Shown: positions 12,906 to 25,439 of the stretch, in pieces | Layout of the letters: the number at the start of each line of letters is the position of its first letter | How positions within the stretch are numbered: the first letter of the stretch is position 1 | NCBI RefSeq assembly: GCF_006345805.1 | Contig: NC_043018.1 | Coordinates: 28,706,001-28,770,000, forward strand | Reading direction: 5' to 3' | DNA length: 64,000 bases | Origin: Octopus sinensis | Lineage: Eukaryota | Translations under genes and position numbers: made by a program | The notes under the pieces: generated by a model | What the model was told of the DNA's origin: nothing | The model's database searches: none | What the model saw: only the letters and a program-made list of their open reading frames with translations

Positions 12906-13690
12906 TCATTATACTCTTCTTTCAATTTTATTTCCATTTCTTGCTGAGTGTCTACCCAACACCTAGGGCAAAGAAACTCCCTGTATACATTGGTAGGCCA
13001 TTAAACTAAAGACACCAGATTGTTCATTTACAAAGTCACATGACAGAAAAAGGGGGAAGAAACACAAAAAGAAAGAAAGGAAAAATCTATCTATAAATGG
13101 CATCATGTGTGTGTGTACGTGATTGTAATTTATGCACGTCCACAAATTAGCATGCATGTTGCTCCAATTTTAGGAGGACATTCGTCAACATCCTATCTGG
13201 GTTTTGTCAACTTATTTTTTTCCCAAGGCACCCACGGATAGCGGTAAAAATCTATTTTCAGCAATAGCTTTTAGCAGTAAAAATCTATTTTCAGCCATAG
13301 CTTTTACCTATTTTGAAGGTTGTTAACATGAGTTAAGTCCCTTCTAGCCATAGCCAAGCGAAAGTGTGTGTGTGAGGGAGAGAGAGAAGTTGTGTGTTGA
13401 TGTATGTGTGTGAGGGAGAGAGAGTGTTTTGCAACGTCTAACAAAAATAGTAAAGAAAATGCATGTGTAAGAAAGAGTGGAAGATAGTTTGAGAGCGTCT
13501 AACAAGAAAAAAACACAAGGTAAAGAAAAGTGGAAGAGAGGCAGAGAGTTTCACAGCATCTAAACAAAAAAAAAGGGAGAGACAAAGTGAGAGAGAGGGA
13601 GAGTAAGTGACGATGTTCATAAAAAATAAAATGTAAAATGTTTTGTTTTTTCTTAAACAAGCTGTGTGGAAGCCATCGTGTGTATGTGTG

Positions 13691-14068
13691 AGGAGTGGCT
13701 GTGTCGTAAGTAGCTTGCTAACCAACCACATGGTTCCGGGTTCAGTCCCACTGCGTGGCATCTTGGGCAAGTGTCTTCTGCTATAGCCCCGGGCCGACCA
13801 ATGCCTTGGTAGATGGAAACTGAAAGAAGCCTGTCATATATATGTATGTGTATGTGTTTGTCTGTCTGTGTTTGTACCCCTAGCATTGCTTGACAACCGA
13901 TGCTGGTGTGTTTACGTCCCCGTCACTTAGCGGTTCGGCAAAAGAGACCGATAGAATAAGTACTGGGTTTACAAAGAATAAGTCCCGGGGTCGAGTTGCT
14001 CGACTAAAGGTGGTAGGCGGTGCTCCAGCATGGCTGCAGTCAAATGACTGAAACATGTAAAAGAGTAA
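13691..14068 (+). mobile_element. SINE family A
   Basis: Head, CORE-like segment, internal microsatellite and gtaaaagagtaagag tail. Confidence 0.85.
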
Positions 14069-14573
14069 GAGATATAGTGTTCAAATTCAGAATGTTTTTG
14101 AAAGATACTATATTTTATAATCATAGTATATATACTTTCTCACACAACAATTACAATATATTTATTTTAAATCGTTCCTCTTTCTCCTCCCTCTCTCTCA
14201 CAGAAACATTACTTTGGGTGCGAAAGAGTTTTGTTTTTCTTTTACGCCAAGTAAAAAAGTGTTCTGTTGAGAATCCATTTATTTAACAACAAAGAGGTAG
14301 GTAACAGTTTGTCAGTGAATTACACAATATAAATGGGTACAATTTCTGAAGCTTCCACCACACCCCACTCCGTTTCATGGACCACAAAAAGGGTTTTGTA
14401 GGCCAGAGTAGTTGCTTCCACACTAAAAAACAATGTTTTTTTCTTTGTGAAAATCGTGTGAGTGTTAATCTACAAATTTAACAACATTTTTTCCATTCAT
14501 TTCTGTTTATGAACATGTATGCGTGCACAAAACATGCAATAGGTGTACGTACATGTGTGTTCGTATGTGTTGA

Positions 14574-14637
14574 TCGTATATATTATATATATATATTATA
14601 TAATATATATATTATATAATATATATATTATATAATA

Positions 14638-14688
<51 letters not shown>

Positions 14689-14800
14689 CCAATTTCAATG
14701 GATTTCACCCAAATTTGACATCGATATTACTTAGTTCGGTTTGAAATAAAGAACTAGATTAGCTTAATAATCTTAACTTAATTCCGGGTTATACTGCTAG
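14574..14800 (+). mobile_element. Possible short non-autonomous Helitron
   Basis: A|TC start, atactgCTAG|T end matching the other Helitrons, degenerate hairpin. Confidence 0.4.
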
Positions 14801-14829
14801 TAGAAAATAATGTGGAAATTCACAGCAAC

Positions 14830-15160
14830 AATGCTGTTCTCAATACATGTGATGTACCAGTTATGATAATCTTTTGCAGTTCCTGAAAGGATGGTAAGCC
14901 AGGGATTATCCTCAAATAATTTTCAGTTCCCTTTTTGATCATTCCAATTACTCCTACAATTACTGGTATTGTAACCATCTTGAGATACCACATCATTTTT
15001 CATTTTAATCATCAAATCTTTATATTTTCTAAGCATATCAAATTCTTTCGCTGTGATATTATGATCACAAGGTATGCTCTTGTCAATCAATAAGCTGACT
15101 TTATTATTTTTTCGTCTTTGACAACAATGTCTGGTTTATTAGCTTTGATTATTATTTTCA
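14830..15160 (-). pseudogene. R4/Dong-type non-LTR retrotransposon RLE fragment
   Basis: Degenerate translation KPDIVVKD...IPCDHNITAKEFDMLRKYKDL...IPVIVGVIG...LQKIII: PD..D restriction-like endonuclease C-terminus. Confidence 0.65.
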
Positions 15161-15209
15161 TATACACTCAACAGTTGGAAAAAGAAAAGAATCCTAACAT
15201 CGGGTTACA

Positions 15210-15625
15210 GCAAGTTGCCTTAGATGCCAAGAACCCTCCTACTGGGTTACATCAAGTAACCTTAGATGCCAAGAACCCACCTTAGTATCCTACCTGTCCC
15301 TAATAACACAGTTTTCTGGAGCTGTACTAAACTGGGTTATATGCCTATTTCCTCTAGCTATCTGTTCAGATCTTTAAGGATAGTTCCCAATGCACCTATA
15401 CCTACTGGGATTTATTTTTACCTGCACTTTCCCTAGTCTCTGTAATTCAATATCTAGGTCCTTGTTCTTTGCTATTTTTTTTTTTTTTATATTTCTCATA
15501 CAAACGTTTTCATCATTTGGGACTGTAAAGTCAATTATCTGGCACTTTCTATTCTCTTTATCTACTACTACTACTGCTACTAAATCAGGCCTTCTAGCTT
15601 CTATCACTCTGTCAGTCTGAATTAG
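15210..15625 (-). pseudogene. R4/Dong-type RLE 3' fragment
   Basis: IEARRPDLV...DKENRKCQIIDFTVPND; terminal LVQLQKTV...; the 3' end (ccttagatgccaagaaccc on + strand) is locally duplicated. Confidence 0.75.
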
Positions 15626-15779
15626 TTACGCACTGGGGTCGATATAATCGACTTAATCCCTTTGTCTGTCCTTGTTTGTCCCCTCTGTGGTAGTAAAGAA
15701 AAAAAAAATTATTATTAATATTATTATTATTATTATTATTATTATTTCATATAGGTACAACAGAATAAACTGCTAACAT

Positions 15780-16138
15780 CAGGATACAGGTAACCTTAGA
15801 TGCCAAGAACCCACCTAAGTATTCTAGCTGTCCCTAATAACACTGTTTTCTGGAACTGCACTAAACTAGATTTTATGCCTATTTCCTCTATCCATCTGTT
15901 CAAATTTTTAGGGTTAGTTCCTAATGCATTTATAACTACAGGGGTACATTTTGCTCGCACTTTCCATTGTCTCTGTAAATCAATGGCTAGGTTCTGGTAC
16001 ATTGACTTTCTCATCATTTAGGACTGTAAAGTCAATTATCTGGCACTTTCTAATCTCTTTATCTACTACTATGACACTTTCTGTTCTCTTTATCTACTAC
16101 TACTAAATCAGGCCTTCTAGCTTCTATTACTGTCAGTC
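15780..16138 (-). pseudogene. R4/Dong-type RLE 3' fragment flanked by (TAT)n
   Basis: KCTPVVINALGTNPKNLNRWIEEIGIKSSLVQFQKTVLLGTARILRWVLGI*; TAT tracts on both sides. Confidence 0.75.
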
Positions 16139-16194
16139 TGAATTATTATTATTATTACCATTATTATTTACTTTCTCTTTTATTTATTTTGCAG

Positions 16195-16359
16195 TATTAT
16201 AAAATCTTAAAACAAAATGATGATAATAGTGAAGCTGGTGATAGAGGTGACCATGGTAATGAAAACGATGACATTGATGATGTTGAAGATGATGATGATG
16301 AAGATGACGTTTATGATGTAAACCAACAAGACCAACTAATTAATGGACATGAAAATTAA
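16195..16359 (+). CDS. Candidate terminal exon, acidic 54 aa (YYKILKQNDDNSEAGDRGDHGNENDDIDDVEDDDDEDDVYDVNQQDQLINGHEN*)
   Basis: Strong polypyrimidine tract + cag at 16170-16194, phase-0 frame open to TAA; may instead be a degenerate GAT repeat. Confidence 0.25.
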   Translation, partial: YYKILKQNDDNSEAGDRGDHGNENDDIDDVEDDDDEDDVYDVNQQDQLINGHEN

Positions 16360-16995
16360 TGAAATGATTAACTAATCAAACAATGAAACAATATTATGAA
16401 AACTTGGTGGTGAAGTTGTTTTTGTATGATTTCAAATACGTGTAAAAAGCCTGATCACTCTTCAATTAAAATCATTAATAATCTACAGTAAAGACATGAA
16501 CACCAGAGATTCACTCTGGCTGTACTTTATAAATATGTGACTTTTACGACAAAACATGAACTCATTCAAAATGACTGAGGGGAACAAGAACAAAAAAAAA
16601 GCAAAAAGCGATAAAAAAAACAATAAATTAAAGAAAGACTGGAAAGGGAGTGTCATGTTTGGAAATTATTCTAAAACCTTGGTCCTATAATTATTTTTTG
16701 ATGTCTGTGTGTGATATGCTTCTGTGTATGTATGTGTGTGTGTGTTTCTAAATAGTTTTCTATTTTTTCTTTTATTTGTTTATTATTAGACTGTGGCCAT
16801 GCCGGGGCACCACCTTGAAGAATTTTTAGTCGAATTAGCACCTGTGCTTTTTTTTTTTTGTCCTTTTTTTCCCTAAGCCTAAGCTTGGCATTCGTCCTAT
16901 TGGTTTCTTTTGCTGAACAGTTAAATTATGGGGACATAAACACCCCAACACTGTTTGTCAAGTAGTGGGGAGGATAGACACAAAGATACACACAC

Positions 16996-17051
<56 letters not shown>

Positions 17052-17053
<2 letters not shown>

Positions 17054-17325
17054 AGGCACAATGGCCCAGTGGTTAGGGCAGTGGACTCGTGGTCGTAGGA
17101 TTGCGGTTTCGATTTACAGACCGGGCGTTGTGAGTGTTTATTGAGCGAAAATACCTAAAGCTTCACAAGGCTTTGGCAGGGGGGTGGGTGGCGATCCCTG
17201 CTGTACTCTTTTGCCACAACTTTCTCTCACTCTTTCTTCTGTTGGCCTGCTTGCTTGGCCAGTGGGGTAGTGTCATTGTGACCAGTGATGTGTAGCAACA
17301 TCTGATAGCCTGGTCGGTCACAGTG
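17052..17325 (+). mobile_element. tRNA-derived SINE family D
   Basis: Head ggaggcacaatggcccagtggttagggcag shared with the 9390 copy. Confidence 0.7.
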
Positions 17326-17349
17326 ATATATATATATATATATATATAC

Positions 17350-17720
17350 ACAAAATGGGACAAGGACGCAAAACATCCAGACAGGTGACACAAGATAGGG
17401 ACAACAAAACATCGAGATAGACGATACAAAGCAAACAAGGACAGGTCATTCAGAATTTTCTTTCCTCAGTCGCGTTCCGGATTATCCTTGCAATTTCAGC
17501 TGGTTATACTCGAGATTGCTCCAATCTGGCCAGCCCCAAGGAAAAACTAAGCTAAGAGCATTAGATTCCTTGGAAGAAAGCAGCAAATGTATACGAAAAC
17601 AAGGACGGAAAAATGGAGAAAGTTACATAAATACAAATAACAGGACATAACAACAGGTGTCTTTTGACTAAGGATGAACTAAATTAAGCTGATGTGTGTG
17701 GAAATGAAGCCTTATGGCAG
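17350..17720. mobile_element. Interspersed repeat, probably Penelope-like
   Basis: Homologous to 30760-31150, 25170-25300 and 18080-18160; begins acaaaatgggacaag next to (TA)n; family assignment is inference. Confidence 0.5.
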
Positions 17721-18171
17721 GGATATCGGATTTCACAAGCACAGGGAAGAATATAGATGCTGCACAGCCAATGGCTGAACCAAGAAAGAAAGGTCAGGCT
17801 TGGCCGAACACTGGTCACATGGGGAGAGAAGAGAAAGAGATAGATGCTGAGGGACAAAATAAATTAGGAGGGGCGGGAAAAAATGACAGGGACACAGTGA
17901 AGTAAAAAGAGGAAGGAAATGAAATGTGAGAGAGGGGGAACGAAAGAACAAGTGGAATGAATAAAATAAGCATGAAAGGGCTGATAGAAAGAAGGAAGGA
18001 AGGAATAAAAGGACAAAAAAATAGAGTCCTACAAGATTTAGATAAATATATACTTACATGTAATATGTATATATATATATAAAAATACAAAATGGGACAA
18101 GAATGCAAAACATCCAGATAGTTAGGTGATACAAGAAAGGGACATCAAGACATACATATATATATTAAAGG

Positions 18172-18494
18172 AGCACTCCGTCGGTTACGACGACGAGGGT
18201 CCCAGCTGATACGATGAACGGAACAGCTTGCTCGTGGAATTAACATGCAAGTGACTGAGCAAACCACAGACATGAGGACCGTTAACGTAGTTTTCAGGGA
18301 GATTCAGCGTGACACAGAGTGTGACAAGGCCGGCCCTTTGAAATACAGGTACAACTCATTTTTGCCAGCTGAGTGGACTGGAGCAACGTGAAATAAAGTG
18401 TCTTGCTCAAGGACACAACGCATCGCTGGGAATCGAACTCACGACCTTACAATCGTCAGCCGAATGCCCTAACCACTAAGCCATGCGCCTTCAC
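18172..18494 (-). mobile_element. tRNA/CORE-type SINE family E
   Basis: Minus strand: A box tggcttagtgg, B box gagttcgattccc, gtgtccttgagcaagacac. Confidence 0.75.
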
Positions 18495-18975
18495 TTACAT
18501 ATATATATATATATACACACACATACAACATACTTCTTTCAGTTTACATTTACCAAATCTAAGGCCTTGGTTGGCCAGAGGCTATAGTAGAAGACACTTG
18601 CCTAAGACTATAGAAGACACTTGCCCAAGACTATAGAAGACACTTGCCCAATGAGCTACACAGTGGAACTGAACCTGGAACCATGTGTTTGGGAAGCAAG
18701 CTTCTTACCACAGAGCCATGCAAAGAGTAAAGGCTTAAAACCCTTTTGGAAATGAAAGACCATGAGATTGCATGTAGAAAGGTATCCCACAAAGCATAAG
18801 TCCAGGCAAGGTTGTTTATGGTTGACCAGCAGTCACCCATGCATACAAGCCTCCCTTCTCCATGCCACCGATTTTATCCAAAGGAAAGACAAAGACTAAT
18901 ACTCAGTTCTTCAGCTGAGTGAAATAGAGTGTCTTGCTCATATATATATATATATATATATATGCATACATATAT

Positions 18976-19372
18976 ACTCTTTACTTGTTTCAGTCATTTG
19001 ACTGCGGCTATGCTGGAGCACCGCCTTTAATTGAGCAACTCGACCCCGGGACTTATTCATTGTAAGCCCAGTACTTATTCTATCGGTCTCTTTTGCCGAA
19101 CCGCTAAGTGACGTGGACATAAACACACCAACATCGGTTGTCAAGCAATGCTAGGGGGACAAACACAAACATACACACACACACACACACACATATATAT
19201 ACATATATACGACGGGCTTCTTTCAGTTTCCATCTACCAAATACACTCACAAGGCTTTGGTCGGCTCGAGGCTATAGTAGAAGACACTTGCCCAAGGTGC
19301 CACGCAGTGGTACTGAACCCGGAACCATGTGGTTGGTAAACAAGCTACTTACCACACAGCCACTCCTGCGCC
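18976..19372 (-). mobile_element. SINE family A
   Basis: Near-consensus full-length copy. Confidence 0.9.
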
Positions 19373-19448
19373 TATATATATATATATATATATAGCCGTC
19401 CAACCCATGCTAGCATGGAAAACGGACGCTAAACGATGATGATGATGA

Positions 19449-19803
19449 TTTGCCACATAAATGTGGCTAACGACTAAGAGTGGATGCTATTGTAGCTTGT
19501 AGCCCCAGGAGAACATCTCCAGCTGGCTATAGACACACTTTCTATGCCCTATCAGTATTTGCGAAGGGAAGCCACCCTCCCTATCATCAACCTGACATGA
19601 TATGAATAGACCTGAGTTTCTGGATATTTACCCATCATCAGCGCACGACAATCACCGGTCTTCGATGCGAAGGGATCCCAATGCAGATACATATATCCTT
19701 TTTCCAGTGTCGAAAAGCCACTGATCTCGAAAAAGTGTAAACAAGCAATAATATATCTCTGTGGCTAACCACCCTTAGTGGTTAGCCGCATTTATATGTC
19801 AAA
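19449..19803. mobile_element. MITE with ~31-bp imperfect TIRs
   Basis: tttgccacataaatgtggctaacgactaaga vs ccttagtggttagccgcatttatatgtcaaa. Confidence 0.7.
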
Positions 19804-20039
19804 TATACTTTACATTGTCGTGCAGCTACTGTTTATACCTGGTTCAGAGATTTATTATTGCTTATTATATATATATATATCATCATCATCATCATCGTTT
19901 AACGTCCGTTTTCCGCGCTAGCACGGGTTGGACGGTTCGACCGGGGTCTAGGAAGCCAGGGGCTGCTCCAGGCTCCAGTCTGATCTGGCAGAGTTTCTAT
20001 GGCTGGATGCCCTTCCTAACGCCAACCACTCTGCGAGTG

Positions 20040-20400
20040 TAGTGGGTGCTTTTTACGTGCCACCTGCACAGGTGCCGGGGGGGGGGGTCCGGCATCGGTC
20101 ACGATCGGTTGGAGCTTTTAACGTGCCAGCGGCACGGAAGCCAGCCGAGGCGGCGCTGGCAATGTTCGGATGGTCTTTTTATGTGCCATCGGCACAGGAG
20201 CCAGTCGGGGCGGCGCTGGCATCGGCCACGTTCAGATGGTGCTTTTTATGTGCCACCAGCACAGAAGCCAGTCGGGGCGGCGCTGGCATCGGCCACGTTC
20301 GGATGGTGCTTTTTATGTGCCACCAGCACAGAAGCCAGTCGGGGCGGCGCTGGCATCGGCCACGTTCGGATAGTGCTTTTTATGTGCCACCAGCACAGGC
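20040..20400 (-). repeat. ~67-bp tandem array (about 5 units) in RTE copy 1 3' UTR
   Basis: Recurrence at 20168, 20234, 20301 and 20368. Confidence 0.9.
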
Positions 20401-20521
20401 ATCACAACTACTATTTCCATTGATATTTATTTCGACGTTCATGTTCATGTACTTGACTCAACAGGTCTCCTCAAGCACAGCGGGACGTTCTGGGATCCGG
20501 GATATTTTGAATGAGCAGGAG

Positions 20522-23500
20522 CTATGCGGAACTGATGCAGGAAGCAGCCCGGGTCTTTGCAGTCACAGCATATCTCCAGAGATCTCGGTCCTTCGCCATT
20601 GCCTCAGTGAGGCCCAACGCTCTGAGGTCATGCTTGACTACCTCATCCCATATCTTTCTGGGTCTACCTCTCCCCCTGATACCTTCAACTGTTTGGGAGT
20701 GGCACTTCTTCACACATCTCTCCTCATCCATCCGCAGCACATGACCATACCATCGGAAGCGTCGCTCTTGCACACCACATCTGATGCTCACACTCTGTCG
20801 TGCGTGCACACTGACATTACACATCCAGCGGATCATGCTAGCTTCATTTCTTTCAAGTCTACGCATGTCCTCTGCAGTCACAGCCCATGTTTCACTACCG
20901 TGAAGCATGGCAGTTCGCACACATGCATTATACAATCTACCTTTCGCTCTGAGGGAGAGACTCTTTGTCACCAGTAGGGGTAGGAGCTTTCTGAACTTTG
21001 CCCAGGCTATTCGTATTCTAGTGGTGATACTCTCTGTGCATCCACCTCCACTACTAACTTGGTCACCCAGGTAGCGGAAACTATCAACTACTTCTAGTTT
21101 CTCTCCCTGGAGTGTGATGGAATCTGTTTTCTGAGTGTCTGTGGTGTCTATTGTCCCTGTGCATCTGCCGCACATGAAAGCTATCTTATCTGTTAATATC
21201 CCTTTAATGTTGCTGCACCTCTTGTGCGTCCATAGCTTACATTGGGAGCATCTTATGGAGTTTTTACCTACACCTTTCCTACAGATCGAGCAGGGCCACC
21301 TGTCTGAGGGTGTGTGTGCTGAGTTCGCCTTTCTGCTTACTATAACTTTGGTCTTTGCTACATTTACTCTAAGGCCCTTTGATTCTAACCCTTGCTTCCA
21401 CACCCGAAATTTCTTTTCTAGTTCCGGTAGTGATTCTGCTATGAGAGCCAGGTCATCAGCATAGAGGAGCTCCCAGGGGCATCCTGTTTTGAATTCCTCT
21501 GTTATTGCCTGGAGGACTATGATGAATAAAAGGGGACTGAGAGCTGAGCCTTGGTGCACACCTACTTCTACCGGGAATTCTTCACTATATTCGTTGCCAA
21601 TCCTAACCTTGCTGACAGCCTCTCTGTATAGAGCCTGTACAGCCCTTATTAGCCATTCGTCAATCTCCAGTTTCCGCATTGACCACCAGATAAGGGAACG
21701 GGGAACCCTGTCAAAGGCTTTCTCCAAGTCCACAAAAGCTATGTAGAGGGGTTTATCTTTAGCTAGGTACTTCTCCTGCAGTTGTCGGACCAGGAATATA
21801 GCATCAGTGGTGCTTCTACCCGGCACAAAACCGAACTGCATTTCATCTAAGCAAATTCTCTCCCTAATGAGATGGGTTATGACCCTCTCTGTGACCTTCA
21901 TCACCTGATCCAACAGTTTTATACCCCTGTAGTTATTTCTATCTAGAGCATCACCTTTACCCTTGTAGCAGTTGACTATGGTGCTGCTACGCCAGTCATT
22001 GGGTATGACTCCATTATGAACTACCTGGTTTACAATGCAGGTGACTAGGCCATAGCCAGCTGTTTTAAGCATCTCAGCAGTGATTCCTGATGGGCCGGGG
22101 GCTTTACCTGGTTTCATATCCTTAATTGCCTTAACTACTAGGGAGCTGTCTATTCGGGTAGCTGGTCCCTCTACTGGGTCAACATTTGGCAGGCTCTCCT
22201 CCTCCCATTCATTCTCCTCATTCAGCAGTCTTTCATAATGGCTTCTCCAAGCCTCTTTCTTTTCACTAACAGTAAAAGCAAGTGCCCCATCATCCATGCG
22301 GACACATTTCTCTCCTGTAACATCACTATTTTCTCTGACACACTGTCTGGCAATCCGAAATACCTCAGCTCTTTGGTCCTCACGTCGCTGGACATTGGCA
22401 AACTTCTTCTTTTCTGCTACATCTTTGGCTATGTATATCTGCCGCCCAGCCTCCCTTTTGGCTACCTGGTACAGTTCCCTGCTGCCCCCATCCCTCCAGG
22501 CTTTCCAGGCCTGTCTCTTTGCACTAATGGCTTTGTCTACTGCACTATTCCACCACCATGTAACTCTAGATCTGGAAGGGACTTTGTACCATCCACAGAC
22601 TCGGTCTGTGGCACTCAGCAAGCTGTCCCGTAGGAATTCCCAGCTACCTTCTATGTCTGACGTCTGAAGCTCCTCCTCCCTCTCATCAAATTTCTTGATG
22701 AGTATGTCCCTAAATCTCTGACCATAGCTTCCAAATCCTTCTTTTCTGGATTGGTCTGTTTCTTGGAGTCCTTCTGGCCTCAAGCTTAAAGTCACTGATG
22801 ATTAGTCTATGCTGAGGGATACATTCTTCACCCGGGAGGGTCCTTGTATTCAAGAGCGACCCTGTATCCCGCTGTGTGGTGAGGATGAAGTCTATTTGGC
22901 TAGCGGAGTCTCCTGACTGATAGGTTATAAGGTGGCAGTCAGGCTTCTTAAAGTTAATGTTGCAGATTAAAAGGTTACATGCATCACAGAATTCCAGTAG
23001 TCTAGTTCCCTCATCATTTCTGGTGCCAATACCATGGCCACCGTGTACCCCAGTGAAGATACCCATTCCCGCCCAACATGCCCATTAAAATCTCCACCCA
23101 CAAAGTTGAGGTCCTTGCCACTAGTCTTTGAAGTAGCCTGTAGAAGGGTATCATAAAAGTGGTCCTTCTGATCATTTGGTAGTCCCGCTTGTGGGGCATA
23201 GGCGGAGATAATCGTAGCTGTGCTACTCTGTAGGACCAACCTGAGCTTAAGCACTCTATCGCAAACCCTGACAACCTCTATGACCTTATCCACCCATTTC
23301 TCCGCAAGGAAAATGCCTACACCCCCTACACCTTCCATGTTACCTTGCCAGAAAAGTTTGTACCTAAGTGCCTTGCCTGTGAGGACCCTAGCTGAAGCAC
23401 CTCTCCATCTTACCTCTTGTATGCAGCATACATCAACCTGTCTTCTCTCAAGCATCTCTACAATCTCACTAGACCTACCTTTCAATGTACCAGCATTGAC

Positions 23501-23635
23501 AGTGCCAACTCTGAAAACTGGGAAGGAGATGTGGGGGGAGGGGAGCAATTCAGCGCCTGAAAAGAAGAGGGTTGTTGTGGTGGTGATCGTTTTCGTGGCA
23601 TTTTTCTTCTGATCTCTCTTCCGACCTGACAACAT
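20522..23635 (-). pseudogene. RTE ORF2: APE endonuclease - reverse transcriptase with PHD-like finger
   Basis: VGTVNAGTL, CCIQEVRW, GDFNGHVG, SQIDFIL, QFGFVPGRST, GVHQGSALSP, LLYADD; two frameshifts (~23070 and ~22730) and an in-frame ~11-aa deletion near the C-terminus relative to copy 2. Confidence 0.93.
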
Positions 23636-24648
23636 TCAAGCATTTGGGCATGTTAAGATTGTGGACCCTGCCGTGGGCAGGAGCTGGTGTTAGCAGCGTT
23701 GTAGGCATAAGCATTAAGGTCATTGATGATGTAGATGTGGCAGAAAGGCTGAAATTCTTGGTGTTAGTAGATATTCTAAGCAAGCATTATCGACACTGAG
23801 TAACGTAATTAGGCAGCGTAGCAGAAGCATGGATATTCTATAGTTGGGTTGGGGGGTTCCAGCTGAGAAAGGTTCCACCAGTGAGAAGAGAGGGAGAGAA
23901 AGTGGGGGGGTGCAGGTAATATAGGGAAGCACCAGTGGGGAGGGTTGGGGTAAGGAGGAACGATGACAGGTAGGGTTGGTGCAGGTTCGTAGGAATTAAA
24001 ACGTAGGATATCACGAGTGGGGGAGGGGACTGGAAGGAGATAGCCAGTTGAGGCAGTGACAGATTTCAAAACAGGAGGAAACGTAAGATAAGTGGGACGG
24101 TTGATGAGCTGCGGCGCTAGCTGCTTGTCTTGGTGGGGGGAGGGGTAATACACAGTGAAAGCATGTGAGGAGGAGGGATAGACACACGTAATGGTGGTGG
24201 GGGAGGGCATATCCGGTGTAGATGGTGTGAACAGTGTTCTCCGGTAGTGGTGGGGGTGGGAAAGGGCGGGCGCACCGCGAATGGCGAAGATCGAATTAAA
24301 GGATTGAAGAAAGTACCATAGAGAAACGAAGGAATGGCGATGTTAAGGGTAGCATAGAGAAACGAACGAATTAACTTTTATACCAGGGGTGGGGGGTTAA
24401 AGGAATTAAAGTATTGAAGAAGGTACCATAGAGAAACGAACGAATGGCGGAATGGCGATGTTAAGGGTAGCATAGAGAAACAAACGAATTAACTTTTATA
24501 CCGGGGGGGGGGGGGGTAAAAGGATTAAATTATATATATATATATACCGGAGTAAACACAAATGTGAAACAAGGTGGAGAAAAGAGTACTCAAATACCAG
24601 TGGTAGAGTAATATACTTTATTTAAAGCAGCAGAAAATTCAACAAAAC

Positions 24649-24686
24649 CTGTTACTCTGAGTTTCACATTCCCGTTCGTCGGACAG
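24649..24686 (-). ncRNA. Minimal type I hammerhead-like motif with U4C change
   Basis: Minus strand ctgt CCGACGA acgggaatgt GAAA ctcaga GTA acag. Confidence 0.5.
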
Positions 24687-24823
24687 TTTTTGCTAGATAA
24701 AGTATATATATATATTTCAATAATAATAAAAGGGTAAAATTAATTAATTAATTAATCGAGTAATTAATTAATTTTACCAAGTAGTTCGGTATATTAAAAT
24801 AACCTTTTTAGGTAAAATTATAC

Positions 24824-25101
24824 AAATATTCTATAATTATAAACCTAATTATAATGAGGGATCAGCTAATTGCTTCGCCGCACACTGAATTCAGAAATAG
24901 GAGTTAAAATGCCTTTACTGCTACCATAAAGGTCTCCCAGACAGTAAGTAACACCCTTTTTTTCCATAGGCAAATGTTGCCCTACATAAAAATGTGGGTT
25001 ACTCTCTGGGAGATCTTTTAACTCCTATTTCTAAATTTGGTGCATGGCGAAGCAATTAGCTGACTCCTGATTATAATTAAGTTTATAATTATAGAATATT
25101 T
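24824..25101. repeat. Inverted repeat with ~86-bp arms (Penelope-like fold-back)
   Basis: 24824-24909 is the approximate reverse complement of 25016-25101; inner ctcccag/ctgggag arms. Confidence 0.8.
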
Positions 25102-25439
25102 ACATATATATATAGAAGAGACCAAGGTGTACGTTACGCCGCAATAATATATGTATAAAAAATATATATAAAAATACAAAATGGGACATGAAATTGCGAG
25201 GATGATCCGGTTCTTGACTGAAGATTAGAGGCTTCGAATGATCCATCCATTTTTTGTGTCGTCTATTTGAATGTTTTGCGTTCTTGTCCCATTTTGTAGT
25301 TTTATATATATATTTTTTATATATATATACACATATATATATGTATGTATGTGTGTGTGTGTATATAGAGGTGGGTTGCTCTTTTCAGTTTCTGTCTGCC
25401 AATTCCACTCATAAGGCATTGTTCAGCACTGAACTATTC

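Larger units (their letters stand above)
19880..24530 (-). mobile_element. RTE-clade LINE, near full length (copy 1)
   Basis: APE + RT ORF, 3' UTR with tandem units, (GAT)n tail, pyrimidine-rich 5' region with a ~115-bp duplication; TA runs at both junctions. Confidence 0.92.

Noticed and set aside
20040-20400. Regularly spaced repeats resembling a CRISPR array (also 34136-34740)
   Set aside because: Contiguous tandem units without unique spacers, inside LINE 3' UTRs, in eukaryotic DNA with no cas genes.
20042-20977. 311-aa plus-strand ORF and other antisense ORFs over the RTEs
   Set aside because: Antisense to the LINE ORF2 and 3' UTR arrays; no independent coding signal.
24200-24530. HDV-like ribozyme at the RTE 5' end
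   Set aside because: Looked for because some RTEs carry one; no nested double-pseudoknot pattern was discernible by eye.
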